The position numbers were made by a program, and so were the translations under genes. The notes under the pieces were generated by a model, which was not told the origin of the DNA, made no database searches, and saw only the letters and a program-made list of their open reading frames with translations. Shown here piece after piece: positions 11,765 to 24,382 of a DNA stretch of 64,000 nt; within the stretch, counting starts at the first letter, position 1; every line of letters starts with the position of its first letter. The stretch comes from Callorhinchus milii (Eukaryota). The stretch lies in assembly GCF_018977255.1 (NCBI RefSeq), contig NW_024704742.1, forward strand, positions 83,826,001 through 83,890,000, written 5' to 3'.

Positions 11765-12100
11765 ATAAAATTCCATGCATTTGGTTTAGCATCTCTCACG
11801 TTAGGAGTTTTAAAGAATACACTGTAATGTGCAATGGCTGTAGACTGTATTTTGTAGGGGAACAAGGCAGTCAATCTGTGAACATCAATATCCCACAAAC
11901 AACCATGATATGAGTGATCAATTTTATCTGGATGATTATTGACCAGGCCATTGAGTGAAGCTACTTTCGTTTTTCAAATAATTCCATAGGATCTTTTACG
12001 CCCACCAGGTCAAGCAGACGGGATCTCGGTTCACCATCTCATCCAAAGGACATTACCTCTGAGAATGCAGTGCATCCCCAGCAGTGCATTGGAGTGGCAG
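11765..12100 (-). mobile_element. Old Deu-domain SINE
   Basis: Reverse of the Deu core (ccataggatcttttacgcccaccagg; cagacgggatctcggttcaccatctcatccaaagga). Confidence 0.65.
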
Positions 12101-12506
12101 CATAAACTGAAGGGATGGTGGGGACGCGGGGGTCAGGCCCAAGATAGTGAGACTGCCAGTCTGCCTCAGAAATTCCTGCAGAACATCACACAGAATCATT
12201 GTTTAAACAAGATTTTGTTTTTGTTTTTTTGTTTCTTAATAAAATGAAAAGCACGTGTCACCGTTCTGTGTAAATGTCTTTTTTTAGAAAAAGAGAAATC
12301 CTGATGGCAAGATTCCATCTTTGAATATATAGCGTGAAAACTTTAGAATTTATTTAGCATGGGTCGCTTATAGTGTGCCATGGACAATAAGGCCAGTGAA
12401 TGCTGCAGCTTATCTCATACAAATCAAACATGAATTGTACCTCATTCGGAATTCCATTTGTACAATAAAAACAGTTACAAAGAATTATGCTTCATATTAA
12501 TATTTG

Positions 12507-12815
12507 GCGAAACATTGGACAAGTTTCCTTACTCCACAGGCCTCTGTTTGCCTAGCAGTAAGTAAGAACCTAGTTCTTGGTTGATTGGCGGATCACTTTT
12601 CCAGGGCTAATAAATAATTCCTTCAAGAAAAAATAATTTGATCATTCAATCCATGATTGTTTGTGGGACACTGCTGTGTGCAATTGGCTGCCACGTTTCG
12701 CCCACAAAATATACTGTCAATTCACTCAACAGTGTATTCTGTGAAGCGCTTTGAGCCATCTCGAAGATGCAATAAAGCACTATATCAAAGGCAAGGATTA
12801 GTATTATTATTATTA
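12507..12815 (+). mobile_element. tRNA-derived SINE, long variant, 5'-truncated
   Basis: ggcgaaacattggacaagtttccttactccac through an (att)n tail. Confidence 0.85.
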
Positions 12816-15000
12816 CAATATTTACTATACCTGAAACCATTGAGATCACTTCACATCTCAGGGAATCGTAACAAGTATTTGTTAATATGGCTCTGAGTTG
12901 CAAATAAAGAGTACTTTTGGTGACCACCTGTCTGGATGGCATACTTTCGGTTTTCCAAAGGAGTTTCCGCTTGCAACTTGGATTCCTTCAGATTTCAATG
13001 ACTGGTCTTTTCCTCTCACATTTATTAATATCGAGCTGCAAAACTCCAAGCAAATTCATGAGCAAAAACCTGTCTCTGATTGATAGCCTGAAGCTGCAGC
13101 CTCTAAAACTCCTTATGGTTTGGTGCAGGCCAGCCGCCACCCCCCCACCCCACCGTGGTATTGACAGCATTGAGAGTGACTGAATGGTAAGGGTGAAGAG
13201 GAGTCTCACCAGAGGAGAATATTAATGTGTGTAAAATTTGCCGAGAATGAGCTTACTCAGTTTCAGCCAGATTAGCAGCACTTGAAGCATCATATTTTTC
13301 AGCTGCATTGCTTCAGGTCTCTTTTACTTCAGAGGCGATGCGCCTGGAAACCATCACTTTTGTTGCAGCTGACTGTTGTCACAGTTTGTGTGCTAGGCCA
13401 ACAGAGGAGTCCAAATACTCTGTATAACAATAAAATCCAAACCATCTGCAGAGGCTGAAGCTATTTTTAAACATTAACAGATGTAGCAAACATGAGTACG
13501 GTATCAGGATTTTATTTTATTACTACGTCTGCAAGTTATTTAGTCTCTGGTCGAGCACAGGCTTGCATTGCAAGGCCTATCTCTGTGCTGCCTGTTAACC
13601 TTTTCCTCTCTGCATTTACTGGATTTTGAGGGCAAATGTTAATTTAAGTCTCAGGCCTCTACTGAAAGACAAAAGAAATATCAGAGTATTGGATGAGATT
13701 ATGTTGCCAAACATTTAGAAACACCACACATAACAATACATATGGTGTCAGCCTGTCTTATCTGCTGAAGCTCTCATCTCAATCAGAAGGTTGTGAGCTC
13801 AAGACCCACTTTGGGACTCAAGCTCCTTAAAACTAATAATAATTCTTGCATTTGCTGTAGTGCCTTTCACATCGGGAGGACATCTCAAAACTCTTCAAGG
13901 ATATACATTACTGAAAAGTGTATTTACTGTGTGTTTTGTAGGCGAACGCAGCAGCCAACTGGCACAAAGCAATGTTTTACAAACAGCCATGAAGTGAATG
14001 ACCAATTTATTCTGAGGAATTGATGCCAAATTGATACTCTAGTCTCGTGCAGCACCAAGCATTCTAAATTCACTTTGAGGCTGATCGGACCATATTGGTA
14101 GTACATTGCTATGTGCAAAATGGCTGCCGCATCTGCATAGATATAGACTTGACAGTTATTCTCTTTGAGAAGTTTCAACGTTAAAGATGCTACATCAAAT
14201 AGAAAATTGTTATAACGTGATTGGAAACCTAAACCATTTAGTAGGGATGGGGTGGGGGGGTGGTTGAATGCTGCCTTTTCACCACATGGACCTAGGTCTG
14301 AATCCACCTGAGATCAGTGAGATGAAAGATTCCTTTGTGAAATAGATTTGGCACGCCGAATTGGCAATCTCACTCTAAGAGGCCACTCTAAGTGCTCTTC
14401 TGAGTTTGAAGGTAAAATGTATTTTTGGGATGCAGTAGAGCTTTTCCCTACACCTGACCTTAGGAGAGCTTGATGCTGAAACTGGATGCTCAGAATTGGA
14501 AAGCACAAACACCCTTCATAAAAATAATAATAATAATCCTTAAATTTATTAAGTTTATTATTTATTTATTATTTATTATTTATACAAAAGATTGTACAAA
14601 TTGTAATTGGCTGCCACATTTCACCCATAAAATATACAGTCAATTCATATGACAGTATATTCTGTAAAGGGCTTTGAGACGTCTCAACGAAGTGATAAGT
14701 TGCTGTATCAAATGCAAGGATCATTATTATATATTACATTTGATATAGCTCCTTTTACATTAGGAGGGCATTCCAAAACATTTCATGGGATATATTATAA
14801 AGTAGAGTGACTCTGTGTTTTATAATAATAATAATAAATTTATGGGCAAACACGGCAGCCAATTTTGCACACAGCAATGTCTTAATCTCAAAGAATACAA
14901 AATTCATCAAAAATATGCAATATTTCATGTAATACACCCTACTTTTTACACTCCAGTAACTGGTCTCCAATAGCCTCCATGATTGTAGCATCTTATTTAA

Positions 15001-15184
15001 TGGAGAAAATAAGTTAACGTTTCAGGTCAATAACCTTTCATCAGAACTTTCCGACAAAAGGTCATTGATCTGAAACGTTAACTCATTTTTCTCTCTCCAT
15101 GGATGCTGCTTGACCTGCTGTGCGTTCCCAGCGACTTCTGTATTTATACCAGATTTCCAGTATCTTCAGTACTTTGCCTTTTGC
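15001..15184. mobile_element. Penelope-like terminal region in inverted arrangement, with hammerhead-like cores
   Basis: aagttaacgtttcaggtcaataacctttcatcagaac followed by its degenerate inverse ccgacaaaaggtcattgatctgaaacgttaact, then ggatgctgcttgacctgctg and gatttccagtatcttcagta, as in 53718-53852. Confidence 0.75.
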
Positions 15185-15587
15185 ATCTTATTTAATTCTG
15201 ATTACGCATCAATGCATATGGCTTCACTTCATGTTCTCCACAAGGCATGGACACCTTCATTTACCATGAGCGATTTAAAGTATCACAAATAGACCTGGAC
15301 ACTACTTGGACATAAGCTGAAACACACGAATCAGCAAACTTATCATAAGTGGTGACACATTGGATATCTGTGAAGCCATATTACATATAATTTACAGTGT
15401 TTAACACCTTTCATGTTGGGAGAAAATCGCAAAGCACTTCAAACAGCGGGCTGAGCATTCGAGCCGTGGGGGGGGAGTAGTTGAAGAGAGTGGTGGGGGG
15501 AAAAACGATGACCGAAAGCATGGTCAAAGAGGTAAGTGTTAAGATGGAGCTTTAAAAGTCGGAAGGGGACAAGGCCGGATGGACTCC

Positions 15588-16055
15588 ATTTACTAGGATG
15601 GTACCAGGAATGAGGGATTTCAGCTATCAGGAGAGGCTAGAGAAGCTATTCTCCTTGGAGCAGTGAAGGTTAAGAGGAGACTTAATAGAAGTTTTCAAAA
15701 TTGTGAGGGGATTTGATAGGGTGAACAAGGAGAAACTATTTTCACTGGCGGGTGGGTCGGTAACCCGAGGACACCAATTTAAAATAGTTGTTAAAAGAAA
15801 CAGAGAGGAGGTGAGGGGAAATGTTTTCACAGCGAGTTGTTCGGATCTGGAATGCATTACCTGAAAGGGTGGTGGAAGCCGATTCGATAACAACTTTTAA
15901 GAGAGAAACGGATAATTATTTGGGGAGGACAAGTTTGCAGGGCTATGGGGAGAGCGCGGGGAGTGGGATTGAATTGGATAGCTCTTTTCAAAGAGCTGGC
16001 ACAGACATGACAGGCCGAATGGCCTCCTTTTGTGCTGTATAATTCTACGATTCTA
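15588..16055 (+). mobile_element. CR1 LINE 3' end
   Basis: ERLEKLFSLEQ*RLRGDLIEVFKI, TRGH and FSQRVVRIWNALPERVVEA, followed by 3' UTR ggccgaatggcctcctt and a ttctacgattctat tail. Confidence 0.92.
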
Positions 16056-16521
16056 TGGAGTTCCAAAGTAAGAACAAAATGGCTGAAAGTTGTTGGTGCA
16101 ATGGGGATGGAGTTCCAGAGAGTGATCAATAACAATAAATTATCAAAACATGCATTTAAGAATATATCTTCCAGACAAAATACACATCTCAAAGCCTATT
16201 ACAAAATATAATTGATTAGAAAGAACATGATTGTTGTAACATAGGAAAGCAGTTACAGTCAAGCTTACTTGTACATTGAGTTGCTTTGGTTCAGGTCCTC
16301 ATGCTCTTCCTTGTAGGTGGAGGGGAGTGTGATGCTGTTGATCTAATAATAATATATGGAAAATAATAGGGCCTGAAAATTTAATGCAGACGTGTCTGCA
16401 CTGTCAGGAAGGTCTATTCTTTTTTGATTTTTTTCCATCCTGCCCTGCAGGGGTATGATTCACTGGGTGCAAGTTACCTTGACAAAGTAACCATCTTTCC
16501 CATGTCAGCTTTGACAATGAG

Positions 16522-16542
16522 TATATATATATATATATATAT
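16522..16542. repeat. (TA)n microsatellite
   Basis: Direct read. Confidence 0.9.
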
Positions 16543-17189
16543 AGTCCACTACACTGCATATGCATCACTATCATAGTTTCAACTGTGGAAGACTTCACAG
16601 CTGAGCCCAATTCTATCTTCACCCAATATCTATACCTACACTCCTTCCATATATATACATCTGAAATCTTGTGGATTTTTCTCTCCACTGAAGACAGGAG
16701 CGCTGAGACCAATTGCAGTGCCCTCAATACCATCCTCTGACCTCTAACCCAAAGCCAACATCAGCTTCTTTTGCACAAATATTGTCCGGGATATAACCTA
16801 TGTATTGTGTCCTACTTCTGAAGCTCAAACTGAAGGCTATTTCAACTTTCGCCCACAAAATATAGTCAATTCTGGGGGCTTTTCTGGAGGTAATAATCCC
16901 TTCAAAAATAAATAAATCAATAATAATTTGGTCACTTAATCCACAACTGTTTGTGGGACACTGTTGTGCACAATTGGCTGCTGCGTTTCGCCCACAAAAT
17001 ATACAGTCAATTCACTTTTAGACGTCTCGAAGATGTGATAAGGCGCTATATCAAATGCAAGGATTATTATCATATTATAAGGCTCGCTAACCATTCCCAG
17101 TGCCTTTTATTTCCTAAAAGCTCCACATTGTTGCTAGGTCAGCATTTCTTAGTTACACATGGTGGATATCTCTGCTTCACTTATTGATC

Positions 17190-19159
17190 CGACCTAACTG
17201 TCCACCGGCACAGCTGGCTGGACCACATCAAAACCTACCGCTCCGCTCTCGCCTCAGACAAATCGTCCTTCTACTCCAGGTTGATCCTGGAGGCGAAGGG
17301 CAACCCCAGGCTCCTGTTCTCCACCACCAACCGGCTCCTCTGCCCTCCCCGCCACGCCTCCCATATTCTTTCCTCCGACTCCCACTGTGAGTAAATGCTG
17401 GACTTCTTCGAGTCCAAAATCGAGGGAATCCGCTCAGCTGCCACCGCCCCCACAACTTCCACCCTCTCCCTACCCCAACCCCACATTCCGACCACTATCC
17501 ATCACTCCCTCCACACCTTTGAACCTGTCACCCCCTCGTCTGTCATCATCACCATATCTTCCATGAAGCTCACCACCTGCTCCCTGGACTCCATCCTCTC
17601 CTTAAATCCCAGCTCTACCTCCTAGCCCCACAACTCACCGACATCATCAACCTCTCCCTGTCATCTGGCACTGTTCCTTCCCCCCTCAAAACAGCCATTA
17701 TCACCTCCACCTTGAAGAAACCTTCCTTGAACCCATCACAGCTATCCAGCTACCGGCCTATCTCCCACCTCCTTTTTCGGTCTAAGGTCTTTGAGAGAGC
17801 CATCACCTCCCAACTTCGCTCTTTGCTCTCCTCCCACTCCCTCCTTGAACCCCTCCAATCGGGTTTCAATGCTGCCCATGTGTAACCAGGGCTCCCTCTG
17901 CCTCCTTGTCCTCCTCGACCTCTCCACCGCCTTTGATACTATGGACCACTCAATCCTCCTCCACCGACTCTCTTCCCACCTCAACTTTCAGGGTTCTGTC
18001 CTTGACTAGTTCAGGTCCTACTTTTCACACCACTTCTGTTTTGTCTTTGTAAACGTCTTCTCCTCCAGCCCCCGCACTGTCTCGTGCGGCATTCCTCAGG
18101 GCTCGGTCCCTTCCTCTTCACCCTCTACATGCTCCCCCTTGGCAACATCATCCACAGACATGGGGTAAATTTCCACATGTATGCAGATGATACCCAACTC
18201 TATCTCTCTGCCTCCACCCTCAACTCCAGGACTACTGGAGTCTTGACGGACTGCCTGTCTGACCCTGGACAAGCAACAACTTTCTCCAACTGAACGTCAG
18301 CAAAACTGAGGCCCTCCTGATTGGCTCGTGCCAGCGCCTCCGCACCTCAGGCGCTGGCAGCATCAGCCTCCATGAATGCACACTCAACCTCACTAAGCCA
18401 GTCAGGAACCTGGGTGTCTTGTTTGACCCTGAACTGTCCTTTCTCCCCCACATCTCCCCCACATCTGCGCCTACCACCACCTCCACATCATTGCCAGACT
18501 CTGCCACTGCCTCACCCCTCAGGCTGCCGAAACCCTCACCCACGCATTCATCACATCAAAGCTCGATTATGGAAAATCCCTCCTCATCGGCCTTCCCAAC
18601 TCTTCCCTTCGCAAGCTACAAATCATCCAAAACTCTGCAGCTTGTATACTCTCGCGCACCAGGCTCTGTGACCCCATCACTCCCACCCTCGCCTGACTCC
18701 ACTGGTTCCCCATTGCCCAGAGAATCGAGGTCAAGATCCTCGTCCTCACTTTCAAGGCCATCCACGGCCTTGCCTCCTCCTACCTCTCTGACCTGCTGAC
18801 TCCCTACCAACCTGCTCGCTCCCTCCATTCAGAGGGCTCCGGCCTGCTCCATGTCTTCCGCCCGACCCGCCCTACCATCGGTGGCCGGGCTTTCAGCCTC
18901 TCTGCCCCCACACTCTGGAACTCCATCCCACAGGCCCTTTGCCTCACTTCCTCCCTTGCCTCCTTCAAGGCCGGTCTCAAGACCCTCCTCTTTGATTGTG
19001 TCTTCAGTCTCCCTTCCGACTTTCTGCCTTCCCTCACCCCTACCCCACCTCTCCCCCATGCTCGGGTCCTGACCCCTGACTGTCCAGCACCTTGGGACGT
19101 CCTCCCAACGTGAAGGGCGCTCTATAAATGTAATTTTGTTGTTGTTTTTGTTGTTGTTG
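17190..19159 (+). mobile_element. L2 LINE, 5'-truncated, moderately diverged
   Basis: [37 protein letters not shown] and LHWFPI remnants; (ttg)n tail. Confidence 0.93.
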
Positions 19160-19887
19160 ATCCAGATTCATTCTCATCCACACAATAAGAGTTGAGGTGA
19201 AGGTCAATGTTTCGATCCAAATATCTCACAGTGAAGTGATTTACTAACCCACACTGATCATAACATTTTCACTAACTGATGTACTCTATCATCCAACTGT
19301 CTCATTTGTGGATCCCTGGAGTACTGGGATGATATGTATAACAGTCCTGATATTGTGTGTGTTGTGAGATCCAGTCTACTCTGATGTGTAATTCTTGTAA
19401 GGTCGGAGAGTAGATAAGAATCTTTCAACACACTTTGCAAATTTAAGGGCATGTGAAAACAGTGTATTGATTAGGATAATATCAACCTTTGGGGTGATAA
19501 TTATCACAAGGATCACATTACGAAACATTGCAAAATTCCACCTCATATCTTTGGGATCAGGCGTTCAGTTTGATAATAAATATTTAATTGATGCCATTCA
19601 GTCCCAAACTGGAAGAAACATATTTAAAAAGTAATTTGTGGTTACGACACCTCTGGAGAGAAGGACACTGGTTCCAATCACCACTTTATTTCTGATAATC
19701 AACCTTGCAATCCGTGGGGAGGTGGAGGAGAGTTTCACATCTCTTATTGACCTTGATAAGCAAAGTTATTAATCTCTCACTACTGCTCGGTGGGATGATA
19801 TGTAAGATCTTGTGAGTTCCGAATGATCCATGTTTGTTTTTTCGTCCAGAGGGAAGATCCTTTCTACTGCTGCGGATCACTCCAGCT

Positions 19888-20235
19888 AATAACAATAATA
19901 ATCCTTGCATTTGATATAACGCCTTATCACGTCTTTGAGACGTCTCAAAACGCTTCATGGAATAGACTGTAAAGCGAATTGACTGTATATTTTGTGGGCG
20001 AAACGCGGCAGCCAATTGCGCGCAGCAGGGTCCACAAACGGTCATTGATTGAGTAACCAATTTAGTATTATTGTTTTTGTTGAAGGAATTATTACCCCCG
20101 GAAAAGCGATCCTCCAATTGACTGAGTTCCTACTTAATGCTAGGTAAACAGAGGTGTGTGGGATAAGGAAACTTGTCCAACGTTTCACCCTGCTGGGAAT
20201 CAAACCCAGGTCTCTCACTTGAGCTACAGGACTCC
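19888..20235 (-). mobile_element. tRNA-derived SINE, long variant
   Basis: Ends gagctacaggactcc (reverse complement of the head); (aat)n at the left. Confidence 0.88.
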
Positions 20236-20453
20236 TAGTGGCTATAAGTGGAGTGCATAACAGCAGATTTCCTTGTTGTTTCATTTTCTCCCCCCATTAT
20301 GTAATATAGTAATAATAATTCTTTTATTTGATATAGCGCCTTATCATGTTGCTGAGACATTTCAAAGAGCTTTACAGAATATACTGTAAAGGGAATTGAC
20401 TGTATATTTTTGTGGCAAAATATGCGCTAAGCATGCTTGCATGGTTAGTTGGT

Positions 20454-23400
20454 CATCCAGAGCCAGCAACTGAGCTGTACAATTCCCCAGATTATATTAT
20501 GATTTCGAAACAAGTGCAAAGGACAATGAAGAATTAAATACAACGAACCTAACTGGCCAATGTGATCTCAAAACCGAATTGTATTTACATACTCTGAGTC
20601 CTATCCTTTCTCATTTCTTTCTGGGCTTGATTTTCCGTTTCACAGGCAACAGCATTTGCAGCTGTGGTTTGTCTGCTTCCAGGATGTATGGCGTTACATT
20701 CGGGAACAAAACACTTGCCAAGCCCATCATAGCTATTTCTTGTGGTAAGCTCTTTATTTTAACGGAAATATTTTAACTCTTCAAAATGTTAAATGATGCC
20801 AAGGCCATAAAAGGGGCAATTGGGATGTGTGCATAGGAGCAAAGCATAAATCAGATCAAAGAAACTAAAATATTTTCATTGAATTCTCTTCTGATTTTTC
20901 GGACGTATGTGATGGACCGTGCTGATCTGGAGTTCATTTAAATAAAAAAATATAGCACGTTGGACCTAAACTTTTACTTTTTGAGATTATGTTATGAGCC
21001 CTCGAGCACTGCAACCCACAGAGAAACAAAGAACGACAACAACCCATTACATTTGTAAAGCCACTTTCACATCAGGAGGACGTCCCAAAGGGCTGAGGTC
21101 GGAACAAAGGTCCAAGACTCTGCTCCTGACACTCTTTGTGCGGTGAAGTACTGACCCAGCAGTCCAATCTCAATGTTAACCTGCCCACTGCTTAAAACAA
21201 TGATTTATTGCAGAGTCACATCGCCTTTACAATCGGAAAATATTTATCTTTGCTTTTATAATAAAAAAACTGACTGAGTTTCTTCGAGTTGGGGAGGGGA
21301 GGAATCAGCTGTGACTGAGATAACTGGGGGAGAGGGTCGGGTGCTTTCTATTTTCTTGCAGTGGGACAAAGAGGAGCAACTCCCAAGATGGCTGCCACTG
21401 TAATGATGCAAGCTTGTGCTTTCCTTGCACAACGAAACCCCAGACCCAAAACTGGCCTCCCTCGTGTTAAGTACAAAGTGAATACCACCAACGAGAGGCG
21501 CGTGAAGTGAGACATCTTTCCGAGGATGAAATCAAGCGGAATAGTTATAGAGGGCTGTACCCGGCTTCCGGCTATCCAAATGCAGTCACAGCCAAAACCA
21601 GAAGTGCTTGCGAGAAAGGAGTTTGTCCAACCTCCTGTCACCCCAGAAACATCACTCGGAGCAGCCTCCCGCTCCATTCTCTTGAAACAACAGGAAGCCT
21701 GCAGATGGGGCCTTAAAAGGGTGATACTGGAAAAGCTCTCTCTCTCACACACACACACACACATGCACATTCTCTCTTGTTTCGGGCCTCATAAACAGTA
21801 ACATAGGCAGAAGTGATTTACTTGTTGTTTTAGTTCAACACTCTTTCTGGAGTCATGACACAGTACAAGATACATAATACAGTACTTGCATTTAGATTTG
21901 TCATTTTTCTGACATGCACCGTACATCGGTTTTAATAGACTGCCTTTGAAGCTTGGCAGGATTCAGGATTTCTTGTTGAATGGTGGTGGGGGGGTTGGGG
22001 GGCGTGTAGGTAGCTCCCAGAGGGATCCTATCAGAGTATACTACTGTTTTGGTTGCTTGAGTGACTCACAGTAAACTCAGGCCAAAGCTGAGAACTGTGA
22101 CCAGGTACTAATGTGAAAGATTACAACAAAAACAACTTGCATTTATAAGGCGCCCTTCATGTGGGGTAGTGCCCTGGAGCACTTAACTACTTTCATTACA
22201 CCTTCAACATTTCTTCATTTAATGGACAGAAAGCTACAGTCCACAGTATAGGTTTAAAGTACGGGTAACTACATAAAATAAATTAAAGTGATGGTCTGGA
22301 TGTATTCTCAGCATGTCTCAGTTCTACTTATTATTATATGCATCTACGTTTGCTCAAAGCTATTGCAGCTCTAGTACTATAATGGAGCATAGATAGGTGT
22401 GTGCGTGTGTGTGGTGTGGGGGGCAAAGGTTGTAAATGTTCATTTCAGTTTCAGAACTAAAAACGTCCATATCTAATAATTATTTCCAACTGTTGCCATC
22501 ATTTAATTTCAAACCTGACCTGATGCATTATACAAATACACCATTCAAAATTCAGCTCTACTGAGAGCTCACTTCCACCTCTGTCCAATATCAAAAATAA
22601 TTAAAGCATGAAGTGAATGGTACACCAAAACTGTCTTTTATTCTCCTGTTACTGCTCAATTTAAAAAAAACAGGGATTGGCCTACAAATACAGTCAGTCA
22701 ATTCACTTTCCAGCAATTATCCTGTGAAGTGCTTTGAGATGTTTCAACGTTATAGGCACTATACCAAATGGAAGGGTTATATTTTTAAGGTGATACTGGG
22801 CAAAAATTCTGCCACTCAGATATTATTAATTTATGCTCACCTCAGACCAAACTGCTGTGCTGTGCAAGAATGTGCTCCTGGGCAACTGGGTATCGTATTT
22901 TATCAATTCTACATTGATTGGTATGCAGAAAGGTAGGTAGCTGCAGAAGCTCCAGACTTTTAACAGTGGAACTTTCACTCAATAAGTAGGGTCTTGTGTC
23001 TGAGTTGAGGGCAGGAGGACAGTGACAAACACATTTCATGCTGAATGGTGATGCTTATCAAGAGTTTGCAAAGGAGCAATGGAACCTGTGTTCCTCAAAA
23101 AATATAATCCCTCAATCCATGACTGTTTATGCGCAAATGACTGCCACATTTCGCCCACGAGGTTATGAGGGGTCACCTTGGGGCTCAGTTTGCTCTGAGG
23201 TGACATGCTTGGTAATAGAATGGTGGAATCTCTATTGCTCCTGTTTACCAATGCAATCAAAGCTGTAACAGATAGGCTGGTCCGAACAGGACAAGTAGCA
23301 GGAAACTGGCCAGGCAGTGTTCTCAATAGCAAGCAATGTGGTTTTAGCTGGTTAAACTCCAACAGTACCTCAATGCACACTCTGAAGTGCCAAGCCTTAG

Positions 23401-23853
23401 CTCTTGCCAACCTATACCTTAATACACTCCAGATTAGGCTAGCAGGTTACATCCCTCTGGGCAGAGAGTGTGCATTCCAGACACAGGGAAATTTCTATGC
23501 ATAGTGAAAACATATGTGGAACTCTCAGTCTGGTTTGGATACTCTTTAAGTATCGTGATGGGTTTCCACATGTGCCAGTCACCCGAAAAAAAATTCTGTC
23601 GGTCGAAAATTTGAAGTGTCTCATTCTCCACAAACAATAAAAACACAATAGGAGATTCTGTCTGGAAGAAGAAACTATCACAAACCTTTGCCATCAGTGC
23701 AATAGTAAGTCTGCTTAAGACAGGAAGGCTCGTATTGAGTAACTTTCTGTAATGTAATGCTTATGTATTTTTAACCAACTCTGGACTTCCATCCACTTAC
23801 CAGATTCCATTTATTTCCTGCCCAATATTCCTCAGATTAATTGGCCACTCAAT
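20454..23853 (+). repeat. Left arm of a 3.4-kb inverted duplication
   Basis: Reverse complement of 32475-35878. Identical ORF translations appear on opposite strands (e.g. 21348-21770 minus and 34561-34983 plus). About four differences seen by eye. Confidence 0.97.
23290..23547 (+). repeat. Unclassified dispersed repeat, copy 3 (mirrored at ~32781-33040)
   Basis: ttttagctggttaaactcc, gctcttgccaacct and ctcagtctggtttggatactcttt. Confidence 0.75.
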
Positions 23854-23869
23854 GTCCGAGCTGGACAAG

Positions 23870-24130
23870 CAACAACAACAACAACAACAACAAGATTTCA
23901 TTTATAGAGTACCTTTCACGTCGGGAGGATGTCCCAAGGCGCTGGACCCGAGTCAGGACCCGAGCAGAGGGGAAATGGTTAGGATGAGGGGAGAGAAGGG
24001 AGGGAGCGAGGAGGGGGTAGAGAGTCGAGAGGGGAGCTGAAGGCACGGTCAAAGAGAAAGGTCTTGAGACCGGCCTTGAAGGAGGAAAGGGAGGAAGCAA
24101 GGCGAAGGACTGGGGGATAGAGTTCCAGAG
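23870..24130 (-). mobile_element. Young L2 3' end
   Basis: (caa)n followed by the reverse complement of the L2 3' UTR seen at 4330-4588. Confidence 0.9.
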
Positions 24131-24381
24131 TAGGAAAACTTATCACACAGTATTTTCAATCACAAGTGATACAATTCTAGCTGGTTAAACTCCATCAGTA
24201 CACAAATACACACTCTGGGATCCTGAAGCTTTGGCTCTTGCCAACCTGTGCCTAATATTCTCTGGAATTAAGTAAGCAGAATGCATTCTTCCAAAGAGAA
24301 AGTGTGAATTACATTCTAATGCATGGGAATTCCCAAGTGCAGGTCGAATGCATGCAGCTCAGTCTGGTTTGGATACTCTTT
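24130..24381 (+). repeat. Unclassified dispersed repeat, copy 4
   Basis: ctagctggttaaactcc, ggctcttgccaacctgtgcctaata and ctcagtctggtttggatactcttt. Confidence 0.75.
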
Positions 24382-24382
24382 A

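Noticed and set aside
14270..14505. Possible LF-SINE-related relic
   Set aside because: Only short motifs matched (ctgccttttcacc, aattggcaatctc); too degenerate to call without an HMM search.
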